A DNA stretch of 20,000 nt from Catajapyx aquilonaris (taxonomy: Eukaryota). Position 1 is the stretch's first letter. Each line of letters starts with the position of its first letter. Location: contig JYFJ02001950.1 of the NCBI GenBank assembly GCA_000934665.2, positions 45,848 to 65,847 of the forward strand, given 5' to 3'. Positions 1 to 11,817 of this stretch are shown here, piece after piece. The notes beneath the pieces are model-generated. The model had not been told where the DNA came from. It made no database searches and saw only the letters and a program-made list of their open reading frames with translations. The translations under genes were made by a program, and so were the position numbers.

Positions 1-1
1 C

Positions 2-1905
2 TCAAAGGAATCAGAGAGTAGCAGCTCGGAGGAGGAGGAAACCAGTTCGGCCAGCGAATCCGAGGAGGAGGAAGAGGAGGTGGCACCACCGCCTCCGAAG
101 GAGAAGGCCAAGAGCGAGCGAGAGCTGTCCAAAACGGACATCGGGCCGCTGCTGGCCAGGAGCGCCAATGCTCGGGACAGCGGAACCAAAAAGGACGACG
201 TACCGCCTCCGTCCCCTTATTCCACTAGGCCTAGAGGGTCCGTCAGTAGTACGGGTTCCAGTTACACGCGAAACGACCCGGCGCCTGCTGCTTCGTCGTC
301 GTCGACGTACGGAGGTGAGCGTGAAAATAGTTACGCAAGTCGGTACGGACTGAGAGACCGAGACAACGACAGAGACAGAGACACGTACGGAACTAGAGAC
401 AGCGGCAGCAGCACTTACGGGTCGAGCGCTAGAGACACGAACGCGTACGGATCTCGAGACTACGGCACGTCTAGAGACAAGCCGGACTATTCGAGCGGTA
501 TTACCCGGAGTAGAACCACCGGCGGAAGCTTGTACGGGCGGGACGAACCGACGTCGACCACCGAAAGTAGCCGGTACCCGTTGACCAGCAAGTACGCTCG
601 CGCCAGGGCAGCCGCGGTGGAGGAAGAGCCTCCTCCGACGTCCCGGTACACAAGCCGGTTCCTAAACCGCAGCAAGAGTTCCGCTGCCATCGCTCCGGAC
701 AAAGAGGAAGAGGAGGAAGAGGAGAAACCAGCGTCGCGACGGCTGTCCGGAGACGACACCATGTATCCGAGTGGAAGGTCTCGGTACACGGCCCTGAAGG
801 ACCGCCGGTCCAGAGTGGCTCGTAGCAGAAGCTCGCACGACCTCGGCTTGCCGGACGAGGAGGAGCCGGAAGCAAGCACCGGTGGATCGTCGTACCTGAG
901 CCGGTACGGCGCCGGAAAGACCGCGTTGAAATCTAGGGAGAACTCCCCGGAGAAAGCAGACAAGGACGGCGCGAGCGGGTCGTCGTCTCTGAGTAGCTGG
1001 GCTCGGTACCTGAAGAACAAGTACGGCAGCCGTACCAAGGACGGCGTCGGGGCCACCCCGTCTGCGTCGGCCACGTCGGTGTCGTCTGCTGGCACAGCTT
1101 CGAGCGGCACCGCCGGACAGCAAGTGCCACGAAGCCGCAGCTCTCTGGCGTTGGGGTTGCCGTCCCGTACGGCAAGTATCGAAAGCTCTGACGACGACCA
1201 AAAAAACTCGCCTACCTCCCCCACTTCCCATACAGCAGCAGGTTTCGGCGATTTACCTAGAAACCAGTACCTGCAGAAAAGGCGGCTCCTTTTTAAGATC
1301 GGAAGTCGGGGGAGCGAACCGGGTTATTTCACTTGGCCGCGAGGAGTAGCCGTGGGACCGGACAACACGATCGTGGTTGCAGACTCGAGCAACCATCGCG
1401 TCCAGGTGTTCGACGACACCGGGACTTTCGTGAAGGAGTTCGGGACGTACGGTAATGCAGAGGGCGAGTTCGATTGCTTGGCGGGCGTGGCAGTCAACCG
1501 GATCGGACAGTACATCATAGCCGACCGGTACAACCACCGGATACAAGTGTTCGATCCCTCAGGCAGATTCTTGCGAGCGTTCGGAAGCCAGGGAAGCTCC
1601 GACGGTCGCTTTAACTACCCTTGGGGCATCACCACCGATGCACTAGGGTTCTTGTACGTTTGTGATAAGGAAAACCACAGGGTGCAGGTCTTTCAGTCGG
1701 ATGGCACCTTCGTGGGCAAGTTCTGCAGCATGGGCAACAAGTCGGGACAGCTGGAGCACCCGCATTACATCGCCGTCAGCAGTACAAACAGGGTCATCGT
1801 GTCCGACTCCCACAATCACCGCATTCAAATCTTTGACGTCAATGGGAAAGTGCTCACATCATTCGGCACTGAGGGGTCGGAGGAGGGACAGTTTAAGTTT
1901 CCCAG
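2..1905 (+). CDS. nhl-1: TRIM-NHL protein (nhl-1/abba/thin-like), large internal exon, 5' partial: S/R/E/Y-rich low-complexity region followed by NHL repeats 1-4 and the start of repeat 5
   Basis: Frame is open from position 2 (SKESESSSSEEEE...), so the GTG at 80 is not the start. NHL repeats: FTWPRGVAV..ADSSNHRVQVFD, FDCLAGVAV..ADRYNHRIQVFD, FNYPWGITT..CDKENHRVQVFQ, LEHPHYIAV..SDSHNHRIQIFD. The exon ends FKFP-AG|gtact (donor at 1906, phase 2). RING/B-box domains are expected upstream, outside the window. Orthology is recalled similarity only. Confidence 0.9.
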
Positions 1906-3957
1906 GTACTGTGACACTGCTGATGACATGATGACATACCTCCATGCCACCAACCACCAGCACCGCCTGTCTTTTATTGCTATTCTTTACCTGCAACTTC
2001 TTGATGATTACGATGATGATCATGGGGACGTCATCCTCTTGTGCATGCCTCATTATCTTCCCTTGCTCCTCCTCTGTGCATTGTTACCGCCGCTCTTTTA
2101 CGCCATTGCACACGTGCTGTTGCTGGTCGGCCTGATCTCTACGGCGGATCTTGCGTACCGGTGCGGGGTCGTGGGTTGCCCAGTCCGATAAAATAATAAC
2201 CGTGTGTCTCATAATTTAGCTGACATCCGTATAGCATACGCCCAGAAGTTCTGTTGACACCCTGAAAATCATGGGAGGAGATTTGCGCCGCTTTTAATTT
2301 TTAAAACAAATTTAAACCAATACACGGGTGTGAGCTAAATTTTTTCACAAGCTGCACTGTAACTCGGAACACACTGAGCAGAAAAAGGGGGTCGGGATGG
2401 GGACGATGTAATTCAGTGGCCGCCACTTAATCTGCTACTTACAAGTATTGGGGGCAGCATGTCGCAAAGCGGGTTGCAAAGTGCGGTCGTAAAATGACGA
2501 GGAAAGGTACAGTACACGTAAGGGTTCTCTTTACGAGTCAATAAAAAATATATACGCTGCTTGTGCACCGTGTGTGTCGTCTTCTCTCTTTTTTTGCCAA
2601 AATAAGAAAAGGAAGCTCCTTGCTTAATTTTGTAGCAAACTTTCTGAAACTTTCGAGAAGCAATTACTTGTTGCCTTATATCCGTGCCAAGTCTTTTCCA
2701 CTGCATGATCAAAGGACAAAATAGGTAGCAGATTAAGCCAAAGCCCACTGTTAGACAGAGAGAGCAACTAAGCATCGCATTTCACACTTGCAAGATTGTT
2801 TCGGAGCAATACCCGGATCAAGTACACAGTCTTTGTACTAATCACTTCCGATTGGATCTGTAAAGAGTTTGAATGTATTGGTTCACTTTCTTCTAGGTCT
2901 GTCGCCCATTAAAATCGATCGTGTGAATTTGTAAGATATGTTTTCATTCTTTGGCATTCATTGTTTCTACACAACCCTTGTCGTATCCCTTGTTTCCGTC
3001 CCTCCATCATTTTTCTTTGGTAGACCATGTTGTTGTTGTCGTCAGTGATTGTCGTTTGTATTTTCTGGGTGGCGTACTGGCTGCATGTTGTTGAAACAAC
3101 AATTATTCGGACACAGACAGACAGACAGTACGGCGCTTAGTTCGATCGGGGAAAGAAAATATTACATTGTTGTCCATTAATGTGTACTTTTCCCTTGCAG
3201 CTAAACCGAACGAGGCTCCTGTACTGTGTAATATTCAGAGAGTTGTGGGGGAGAATGTCACATTTCACGTATACACACTTGCCTCTGATATGTACTCCTC
3301 AAAAAAATAGTGTGGTTTGCAGAAAAAAATGTGAATTATAATAACCACTCTCTAGGAGTGTTGCATTTTCTTGCATGTATTTTTTGCTCTCCACTTAAGT
3401 AGCATCGGTTTGTTGGATCGTATGACTCACGTGCATATTTCTTAAAAAACTTTCACGCAGCGTTTCTCAGACTTTCCAAAGGTATTGATCCGACTATTAT
3501 TTAAACACAAAAACGCAGTGGGCTTCACTTAATCTACTATCGGCAGGCATATAGTAATGACTCCTAAAAGTGTCGACAGTGCTTTTTTTCCACATCGAAT
3601 ACTCTTTTTGAACCCTGTTTGTACCGATTCAATTTTTTGTCTTTTTGTGAACTAATCTCTAATGTGTGCAGCATCCTTTCCCCACACCCTGCTTACAATT
3701 TTTATCAAATAACGTTGATCATTGCTTGCTTTTTTTCCAGGAAGTGATATACAAAACCAATCATAGCTCTCTCAATAAACGTTAATTAACTCTCCTGGCA
3801 CAAAAATTAATGAAGGCACTCAACAAAATGAATGCGAATAATTTTTTGAGCTAACTTCCACTCGGGTGGGATTTCTCTCTATGCAGCATGTAACTAAACA
3901 GGCCACTTTAAAACTGAGTGCTTTTTTTGTGTTAAATATTCCAGTGCATTTGGCTTG

Positions 3958-4065
3958 GGCCCTGTTCACATCAGGCTTTTCGTTAATTGCATTTGGCGTT
4001 TTTACGTCTGTAAAAACGCGACGTTTTTTACGCCGCGTTTTAAAACGCTTGATTTGGTCAGGTCC
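3958..4065. mobile_element. Degenerate PIF/Harbinger-like MITE in the last intron of the NHL gene
   Basis: Imperfect TIRs ggccctgttcacatcaggc / gcttgatttggtcaggtcc. Flanks ttg / tta fit a decayed TTA duplication. Internal palindromes gcgtttttac..gtaaaaacgc and gcgttttaaaacgc. Confidence 0.5.
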
Positions 4066-4222
4066 TTACCCTCTTGTCAACTTGATGCTTGGCCAGCAGA
4101 TAAAGTGAGCCTCTTTAAAATTTTTGGGGATGTTGAGAATCCTGCGTGTAAGTCAACTATTTGTCATTCAACCCAATACTGTTGTACGCTGACGTACCTC
4201 TTTCTCTTTTGTGTGTGTCCAG

Positions 4223-4436
4223 AGGGGTAGCTGTCGACGACCAGGGCTACATCTTCGTGGGGGACTCGGGAAACAACCGCATCCAAATCTTCCATCCGGA
4301 CGGCAACTTCCTGCGAGCATTCGGCTGCTGGGGATCGGGGGACGGAGAGTTCAAGGGACTGGAGGACCTCGCCGTCATGTCCAATGGCAGCATCCTGGTG
4401 TGCGACAGGGAGAACCACCGAATTCAGGTCTTCTAA
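4223..4436 (+). CDS. nhl-1: TRIM-NHL protein terminal exon (rest of NHL repeat 5 and repeat 6)
   Basis: Pyrimidine tract ctctttctcttttgtgtgtgtccag ends at 4222. AG+A restores FPR|GVAVDDQGYIFVGDSGNNRIQIFH...CDRENHRIQVF, with stop TAA at 4434-4436. Confidence 0.93.
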
Positions 4437-4989
4437 CTCCATTGTGAGTATACAGTAGTTTGAGGGTAATTTCGCGGCAATAGCACCAGGGACTTGATGA
4501 GCCTAATTTTAGTTCGCTGCAAAAGAGTCTAAAAGAAGTGTATTTTCTTAGATGGAGTCTGGTAAGAAAATCCGAGGGAATAAAACCGACTTCTTCTTTT
4601 GTCGCTCCGACCCGATTCAATCCCATCGCTTTTCCGTCTCGTCTTTTCAGCGACGGTAATTAACGGCGGCCATTACAATCCTTTATGGAGGTAGGCAGCA
4701 GTGTTACCAGCTTTTGGGATGCAACGGAGGGATCCTATTGGCCTCCAGACTCCAATCCCAAGATCTATTTAGCTCTCCAAACTCAGAGCTTTTGTTTTTC
4801 TCGGTGCCGTCAACTATATGGCTGCAAGGTTGCTGGAAAATGACACGTGCAGACATTGCCTAGAAAGACAGGGTGTGACATAAACCTGCAGGGAAGTTTG
4901 GAGGGTCCAACTTGCGAATTGTACGTCCCAGAAACTATAGGTTCTGAAGTAAACAATTTTTTCTCGTATATTTAGGTGTTGAGTGCTGA

Positions 4990-5399
4990 AATTATAGCCT
5001 GTGGGTTGCTGTTAGCATTTTGTAAGCTGAGAGTTAACAATGCCACCACAGCCTTTTACATAACATGCACGAACAAGGGCATCCAACCGAGAGCTAAATA
5101 TATCAATTATCTCGCAAAAAATTGGCTTCCAGAAATTGCTAAAAGGAATATCTAACAGAGAAACAGGATGTAAACATTTCCGAATTATAGCCTGTGGGTT
5201 GCTGTTAGCATTTTGTAAGCTGAGAGTTAACAATGCCACCACGGCCTTTTACATAACGTCCATGAACGAGGGCATCCAACCGCGAAGCGAACTAAATAAA
5301 GTAAATTTGTCACATTATCTTGCAAAACAATGGGTTTCCAGGAATTGCGAAAAGGAATATCTATAACAACGCGAAAAACAAGCAGGATGTAAACATTTC
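4990..5399. repeat. Tandem duplication, two copies, period ~193 bp
   Basis: 4990-5049 is identical to 5183-5242 (aattatagcctgtgggttgc...gccaccac). The rest aligns with substitutions and indels, and both copies end in caggatgtaaacatttc. Confidence 0.92.
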
Positions 5400-8300
5400 A
5401 ACATTCTGTCACATCTACGAAACGTATCCCACAAAGTTTGGTAAAAATACGAAGCCAACAAGTAGAACATGTTGGGGTATTAAAAAATGCAGAAGTCATA
5501 ATGCGTTTGTTTATGTGCCAGGACGCACCGTGAATTAATGAAAACTGGGACCCGGGAAATAGCGGCCTCCTGACACAATTGGCATAAAAAGTCGCGAATT
5601 GCGAGGCATGAAAAGGCTCGAAACGTAAAATTATTGCCTTTTCCAACACTCTCGAGGTTCGTTTCGGGGGTATGAAAAATGCTCGGAAATGGCGGCACGC
5701 GAAATAAGCGTAAAGGCATTAATTCACATTTAACCGTTTAGATGCTTGACGCATCAAACTACTAACGCAAAAATTTTAGTGAAGAAGTGAGTTGTTTACT
5801 GCGCAATATTTTGCTTAATTACTGCGAGTCGCCCAGTAGTTAGCAGTAGTTTGGGAAACGGAGATTACCCACCACTCATGTAGGTTTGTCAAGCCTTCGC
5901 CGCCAAAAGCACTGGATTAATCCTCTCAAACCTGAGAAAAGCGCTTTTGGTATATATTCATCTAGCTAAAGTCCAAAGACGTACAAAAGAAGCCTCCTTT
6001 GAGAGGCTGAAAATGGTGGGCATCTGCAAGGAACGCCAAGTATTGCTCGCCTTTAGGGGATGGGAGCCCAAAGGGATAGATCGACAGGCTGAGGAGGGGC
6101 TAAGTCTTCTCCATCAATCCTTTAGCTTCCTTGGTATGTGCCGGCACCCAGATAAGGATGTTAATCATAATTCCTAAGGATCCTCCGGGTTGGAGCCCGG
6201 ATTTCGTCCCGGAATATTGGAGGGGCGCATCAAATAGGATCGGATGGTTTTTCGTAAAAAGGCGTGGGGCTTGCGTCGTTAGGATGGAGTCAAAGTGATC
6301 TGTTTTGAGAATGTCATCTATCTATCTGGGGCATGCCCACAGGGTGCTTCGTAATGTCTGAAGACAGATTACTAGCCGCATTATGTAACATACTGTCTTG
6401 TAAGACGACCAATGAATGTTCTCCATGTCGATACTATTAAAATCATTCGTTGTATAACAGAGGCTTCTGATTGGCCCGCCGTTTGTTTGCGCGACACGAT
6501 TGGCTCCCGTTCTGCTACTGCGCAATGGGGGAAGCAGCGCCTCTGGTGGGCGAGAAGGGGAAACCAGTACGAATATGTCAGTAACAAGGCGAATTTCCTG
6601 ATTACGACACACCCTGTGTATGTGGAGGTCGTCGATTTCCAACCCAAATAGATCGGGTGGTAATAAACCGAGCGTGGATTTGATCGGCGTGGATTCCCTT
6701 CTTTTACGGCCCGCATTTCCCCACGTGTTTCCCCGGAGGAACGACCCGGTTTATGCGTCGTCACTGCGGAAAGATATGGCCTCCGGATGCGGCCAAGTAG
6801 CACCCATATCCTCTATAGACCTCTCCTTACTATCGCCCATGCTGATGACATTGCCTGCCAAACTCTCCTCGTTCCGTCCCCCCTCCCCAAAAGGGAACAA
6901 TCATTGGTACAAGTCAATTAATCAAACCCACTGGATCACCTTTTTGGGGGTGTGCGACAATGGGACCGTTAAGCCAACCGACACTCTCAGAGGCTGTAAG
7001 ATTTCTCTTAACGGTTCATTTCGTCTGACTTCTGGCGGTTCGATGGTTTCCCAAGCGCCACTCAATTTACGACTAAAAGCGTTCCCAATTTTTTGACCTG
7101 TTTATTACCACGCAAGAGACGCCACGTTAGCAGTGATTTCAGAAAACACTTTGATCGTTAGGAAAAACCGTTACGTGATCGTTATTTCAAATTCTGCACT
7201 TAAATTATTCTAGGCCTCCTCACACACTCTGGCCACGAGTACCACATTCTGCTCTAAAAATACTCGTAGGATGCTTGCTCTAAAATGGGTGGAAACCTTT
7301 TTTTTTCATTCTTCTTTTCCACCAGGACTTGGATCAGATGTCTGTTACAGCTGATTCGACTGCACGAAACTTCCATTTTCACCCTGCCTGTTACGGCACT
7401 CTGGGAAAACGTACATATAGGTATAATGCTGTCAAATTGTATGTGCCGTAGAGATCTACCTCTGAGGAGTGCTGAAGGGCTGATCAAACACGGGGAAAAG
7501 GATAAGGTTAAAGTATGTTTTCCGACATTAAAATCCTATTGATTGAAGTCCTTGCGCTCTGGAGCAGTCTGGGTTCCAACAGAAAATCAAACAGTTATTA
7601 CGGGAATAAAATGCCATCGTATCTTCCTACAATCCTTCTTTAAGAGTAGGCACGTAACGACCAACCGGCCCTGGCTTTTAATGTTGCTGTTTTATTTCCC
7701 TTGCTCCGACCTCTAAGAAAAGCATCGTTACATCGGAAGGGTTGCATAACCCTAGCCTTGTAATACTTTTCAGCCGACTGATAATGGGGAATAATTCGAG
7801 TATAAACATGGTGGCAGCCGAATGGTTGGACGCAGACAAATTGCTGAGTTGATGCATTGCGGTGACAAAACAGGCATATGTCTAACTGATGTGTTCCGCT
7901 GGGAGGGGATGAGGGATTATGTGGGCTGCCAACACATTTTTTGACGTCCTTTTCACACCGATGCCGATGGCGGGTTTCATTCACCCTTGCATGATCTCGA
8001 GAGGGGAGCGACAAAAATCAGAGCTATTAAGTAGAATGTGTCAAAACAACAAAAATGTTGCAGACAAACTGTACAACAGACTGTCATCACTCTAAGCATA
8101 TTAGGGTACTAACAAAGTAGTTTCACCTTGCATGATGCTGATTTTGCATTTTTGCATGTCACACTCCAAAAAGTACTGTGGACAATAAATTACTGCCACA
8201 ATGATATTTTGCATGCAAAATGTGTCACGTACTGACATCCATTTTCTTTCCTCTGAAGATGTAAGAAGACTCGGAGGGCTCATCCTGTCACAGCGAGGGC

Positions 8301-10078
8301 ACAGGAGGTCGAAGGTCATCCGGTGCTTCACAACCTGCACCGTCATCCTCCTCGACGTCGTATTGTGGTCCTGTCCTCTCCGATGCATCATCATCAAAAT
8401 GCGTCGCCTTCGCTACCGAATCACCGTCCACCACAGGATTTGGTCCTCCCTGGCAGTACAATATTTAGCTCGAAGGCTCCCAGGAATATTTTTATCAGGC
8501 GTTAAAACCATGCCCAGCTGGTGTTTTTTTATTTTATTGTTATTTATTTCTTTTTAAGGCTATTTGCGACTTTTGCTCCGTTTCCCCAAAAAATATTGTT
8601 TGTCGATCGGCGAACGACTTTATTTATTTCGACCTGTTTCGAAGCATTTCTTTTCGTTGTTGTTGTTGTTTTCTTAATTTGGTATAAAGTAGCGGATTAC
8701 GCCGCCCAAGTAATTAGTAAATTTTTTGTGATCTTTGATACTGCTCAGTAGAATCCGTTGGTTATGTTTTGGCCACGGTATACAGTACATATAGGTACGT
8801 CTCACCTCGCTTTGTTACAGCTTACTGTCACTGTGATTGTAGAAAGTTCACACTGCCTAAAGGACTTACAAGGGGTTGTCGAAAAATACCTATTAATACT
8901 ATTTGTACAAACACGTTGTTAAAAAAAGCAAGAACCGTTTGGATATTGTTGAATAAAGCTGATGAAAAGCAAATAAGTGGCCTGCAGCTTACACCTCACG
9001 CCTGGACCAGTACTTTTTTTTAATGACAGCTGCAATGTCTGCAATGTCAGACGACATCATAAGGCATTAGGTACCAGCTTCATGGCTCCATATCCGTCCG
9101 GTCTGCCCGTGCCATTTGACCGTAATTAATAATATCTGAAAGTGTCGTAAAGCTTCCCACTACATAAACCGCGACGAACAAAATAAACGAGAGCTTGTAA
9201 CACGCATCGGCTTTCACCGCGTAATGATGGCTCTCGACCGCATCGCATATGTGAACGTGCACTGTATGACCGCACTTCTGGGTGTGAGTGCGTGTGTTTT
9301 CGAACCGGACAAAAAGCCTTTCGTCAAGTTAACTCATGTCACCTGCTATCAGTGTTTACAGATATTCTGATAGGAAATATTCGTTTACTTGTGGAGCTTA
9401 CAGTACCTGCTGTCCTCTCCGATTGTGTAGCGACAAAATACAGTTTTCGTGTAGAAGACAGTTTTTGGCACCGGTCATTGAGAAGGAACCTTGGGCGTCT
9501 TTTACTGGTAAAAAGTAAGTAAAAAGTATTAATACAGTCTGCATGTATGGAAAAAACCCCTTTTAACTTTTAACCTTGCTTTAAGTTAAGGGATTCTTAA
9601 AGGATATCTGAAAAACAGTTAAATGGATATTTCCTATTTATGGAGACTTTCAGACACCACACTGCACTGTCGGGTAATAATCGGATAGTTAAAAAAAGGT
9701 AAATAATACTAGAAGAAGCACAAATTAACAAAAAAAGGAACTAGTACCATGTGGTACCATTTAATAGCAAAAGGTAATAAAATATGCAGTTTAAAAAGTA
9801 AAAAATGATACACAAATTGAGATTACAACAGTACATTAGACTCCTAGAGGGTTTGAGATTTAAATAATATTTGGGCGCCATGTTTTTTCTCTTAACTGGA
9901 TCCAGAAGAGCATAGCTGCTACTTTCAGCTGCTAAAAGTAACATATCTTCAACTTCCTATGAAAACCCCGTTCAATAACCCGAATTACTCCCAGCATCGC
10001 TTCCATAGTGTAGGGCCACCTCCCCGTGTATATATATATCGGCACTAAAATTATACATTATATTTTTGAGCTGGTGTT

Positions 10079-10091
10079 GGGGGGGGGGGGG
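10079..10091 (+). repeat. G13 homopolymer
   Basis: 13 consecutive G. Confidence 0.9.
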
Positions 10092-11004
10092 TGTGGGAAG
10101 CCCTTTCTGAATCCCGCGACAGCAAAAGTGCATTAGAGGTAATGACGCTAGCAATATGGGCTTCCCCCACTTTCTGCTTGCTTGCTTACTGGCCTGGAAA
10201 TGAAAAGGAAGGTAGTGCCGATATAATACTCTGGGAGCTCCTGATGATGATGTACTGTGGGTGGAGATCGATTCACCTTTCCAAGCAGTGCTTCAAACTG
10301 GGGATGCTGATCCGAGCAGGTTCAGTATGCATTCCCATTACAGTCGGGATGGGAGTGACACATGTACAGAGTTGAGTCAGCAAAATATACAAAGACGTAG
10401 AATTTCCCAATTTTAGTCAGCCCAGCCTGAATGTAAACATCGGTTTGTAAACGGCGCACTTTGGAGCCTCCAGTCTCTTGTTACGTATCTGTTTCATTAC
10501 TGTAAATAATTTATATGTACCGCAAATTATCATGTGGGATGGCCGCAAAAGGGGGCGTTTGGGAAACATAGGCTCGTTGTCGCGGTTCGGTTAGGTGCCT
10601 GTGTTTGCGTTTACGTGACCCAAACCCTGGTTTTACAAAATGATGTGAGTGACCCTAGGGTTGAGCCTAGTCAATAATGGAAAGCACCTGGGGAGCTTTG
10701 CGGATTTTAGTGCTGTGCAGGGACGCAACAATGGTGGTTTTGGGAGTGGTTGGGGTTGCGGAATTAATCAGCTTTTTTTGTCTTGTTAAGAGAGGTGTAA
10801 AATCTATCAGAAAAAGTTTTGGCCACTTTTGACACAGTTTTCCCTTCATTTTTGGCCGAAACTTTTTGTGACAGAATTATAGTAGCCTACATGTCCTGGC
10901 TCCAGTCGTGTTGTGATTTGGGTGTGTCAAATAAGCAGAGTGAAACAACAGAACTTTTCTTTAATGAATATAACACCTTGAAACTGCACTCGATGCTTAA
11001 TTAA

Positions 11005-11010
11005 TTTATT
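11005..11010 (-). promoter_or_regulatory. Candidate polyadenylation signal of the NIT-GC gene
   Basis: AATAAA on the - strand (tttatt on +), ~650 nt after the stop, followed by GT/T-rich sequence on the - strand. Confidence 0.45.
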
Positions 11011-11658
11011 GAAAATATGTTTCACAATCATACAAGGTGATTCCAAAAAATACACGGCCTAATTTGTACGTGGAAGTGTATGACATATATTGGCACTGTC
11101 ACCAGTGAGGTATCAATTATTTCGGTAACTATAAAATCTATGCTGGGTCATACACGCACAAATATTACGACCTGGTTGCTTCAAACAGCGAATTAAAACT
11201 ATTTAACCTACCGATGAGGTACTTGTGTACTATTTTAAATAATCTACTGACGCATTACAATGTGTACCAGCTATAAAGCCTCATGTTTTTCTTCATAACA
11301 ACTCTACAGTAAAAATCAGTCTCCCGGGTGTAGTCTTATCCTTATGGCCTTAAAGCGTGTCATTAAAAACCCTACTTGACATTCATGGAAGTGCGGACGT
11401 GTGCGTACATATCAGAACAATAACAAATATCTTCTCCTGAGTGGAAAATCTTATCAGGTCCTGTGCCAGACATGAAAATAAAGTGGCTCTGAAGCAGGGC
11501 TTTCTCTCTCAAAAAAAATCTTACTTTTTTTTCCCTGCAGTCGCCTCAAACTGATGCGAGAGATTAAAGTGGCCGCAGGATTATTTATGCTAAGAAATGT
11601 AGTTTTAAAGGACGGCTTGGCTTTCTAAGCTGCGGAACATCTTCGTGCCACTCTTTGC

Positions 11659-11817
11659 TTACGTGGGACTCGTCACGTCATCCACCTCGATTTCTAGAAT
11701 CTCGCGAAGAAATTCCGGTTCCGTGTCGTCCATGAATCCGGGCGTATCCATCTCCACAGAGCGAGTAATTCCTCCGTCCTTTCCGACCAACCAGAAGGTG
11801 TCCATTGCACCCTTTCC
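11659..11817 (-). CDS. NIT-GC terminal exon 13
   Basis: ttttatcatag| acceptor. [52 protein letters not shown], then stop TAA (11661-11659). Confidence 0.93.
   Translation of the reverse strand, partial: GKGAMDTFWLVGKDGGITRSVEMDTPGFMDDTEPEFLREILEIEVDDVTSPT

Noticed and set aside
487..1546. Long - strand ORFs (487-1224, 662-1231, 1253-1546)
   Set aside because: Antisense shadows of a GC-rich coding exon, with no recognisable domains.
80..2191. 703-aa ORF as a complete single-exon gene
   Set aside because: The frame is open upstream of the GTG, and NHL repeat 5 is completed only by splicing 1905 to 4223.
5530..5727. 11-bp inverted repeat gtgaattaatg / cattaattcac
   Set aside because: Short, AT-rich, no target duplication; compatible with chance.
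6657..7111. 12-bp inverted repeat gtggtaataaac / gtttattaccac
   Set aside because: Does not extend and has no target duplication; such a match is expected by chance in 20 kb.
10235..10320. Box C/D snoRNA-like arrangement (TGATGA...CTGA)
   Set aside because: Weak terminal stem, no recognisable rRNA/snRNA guide, and no host intron established on this strand.
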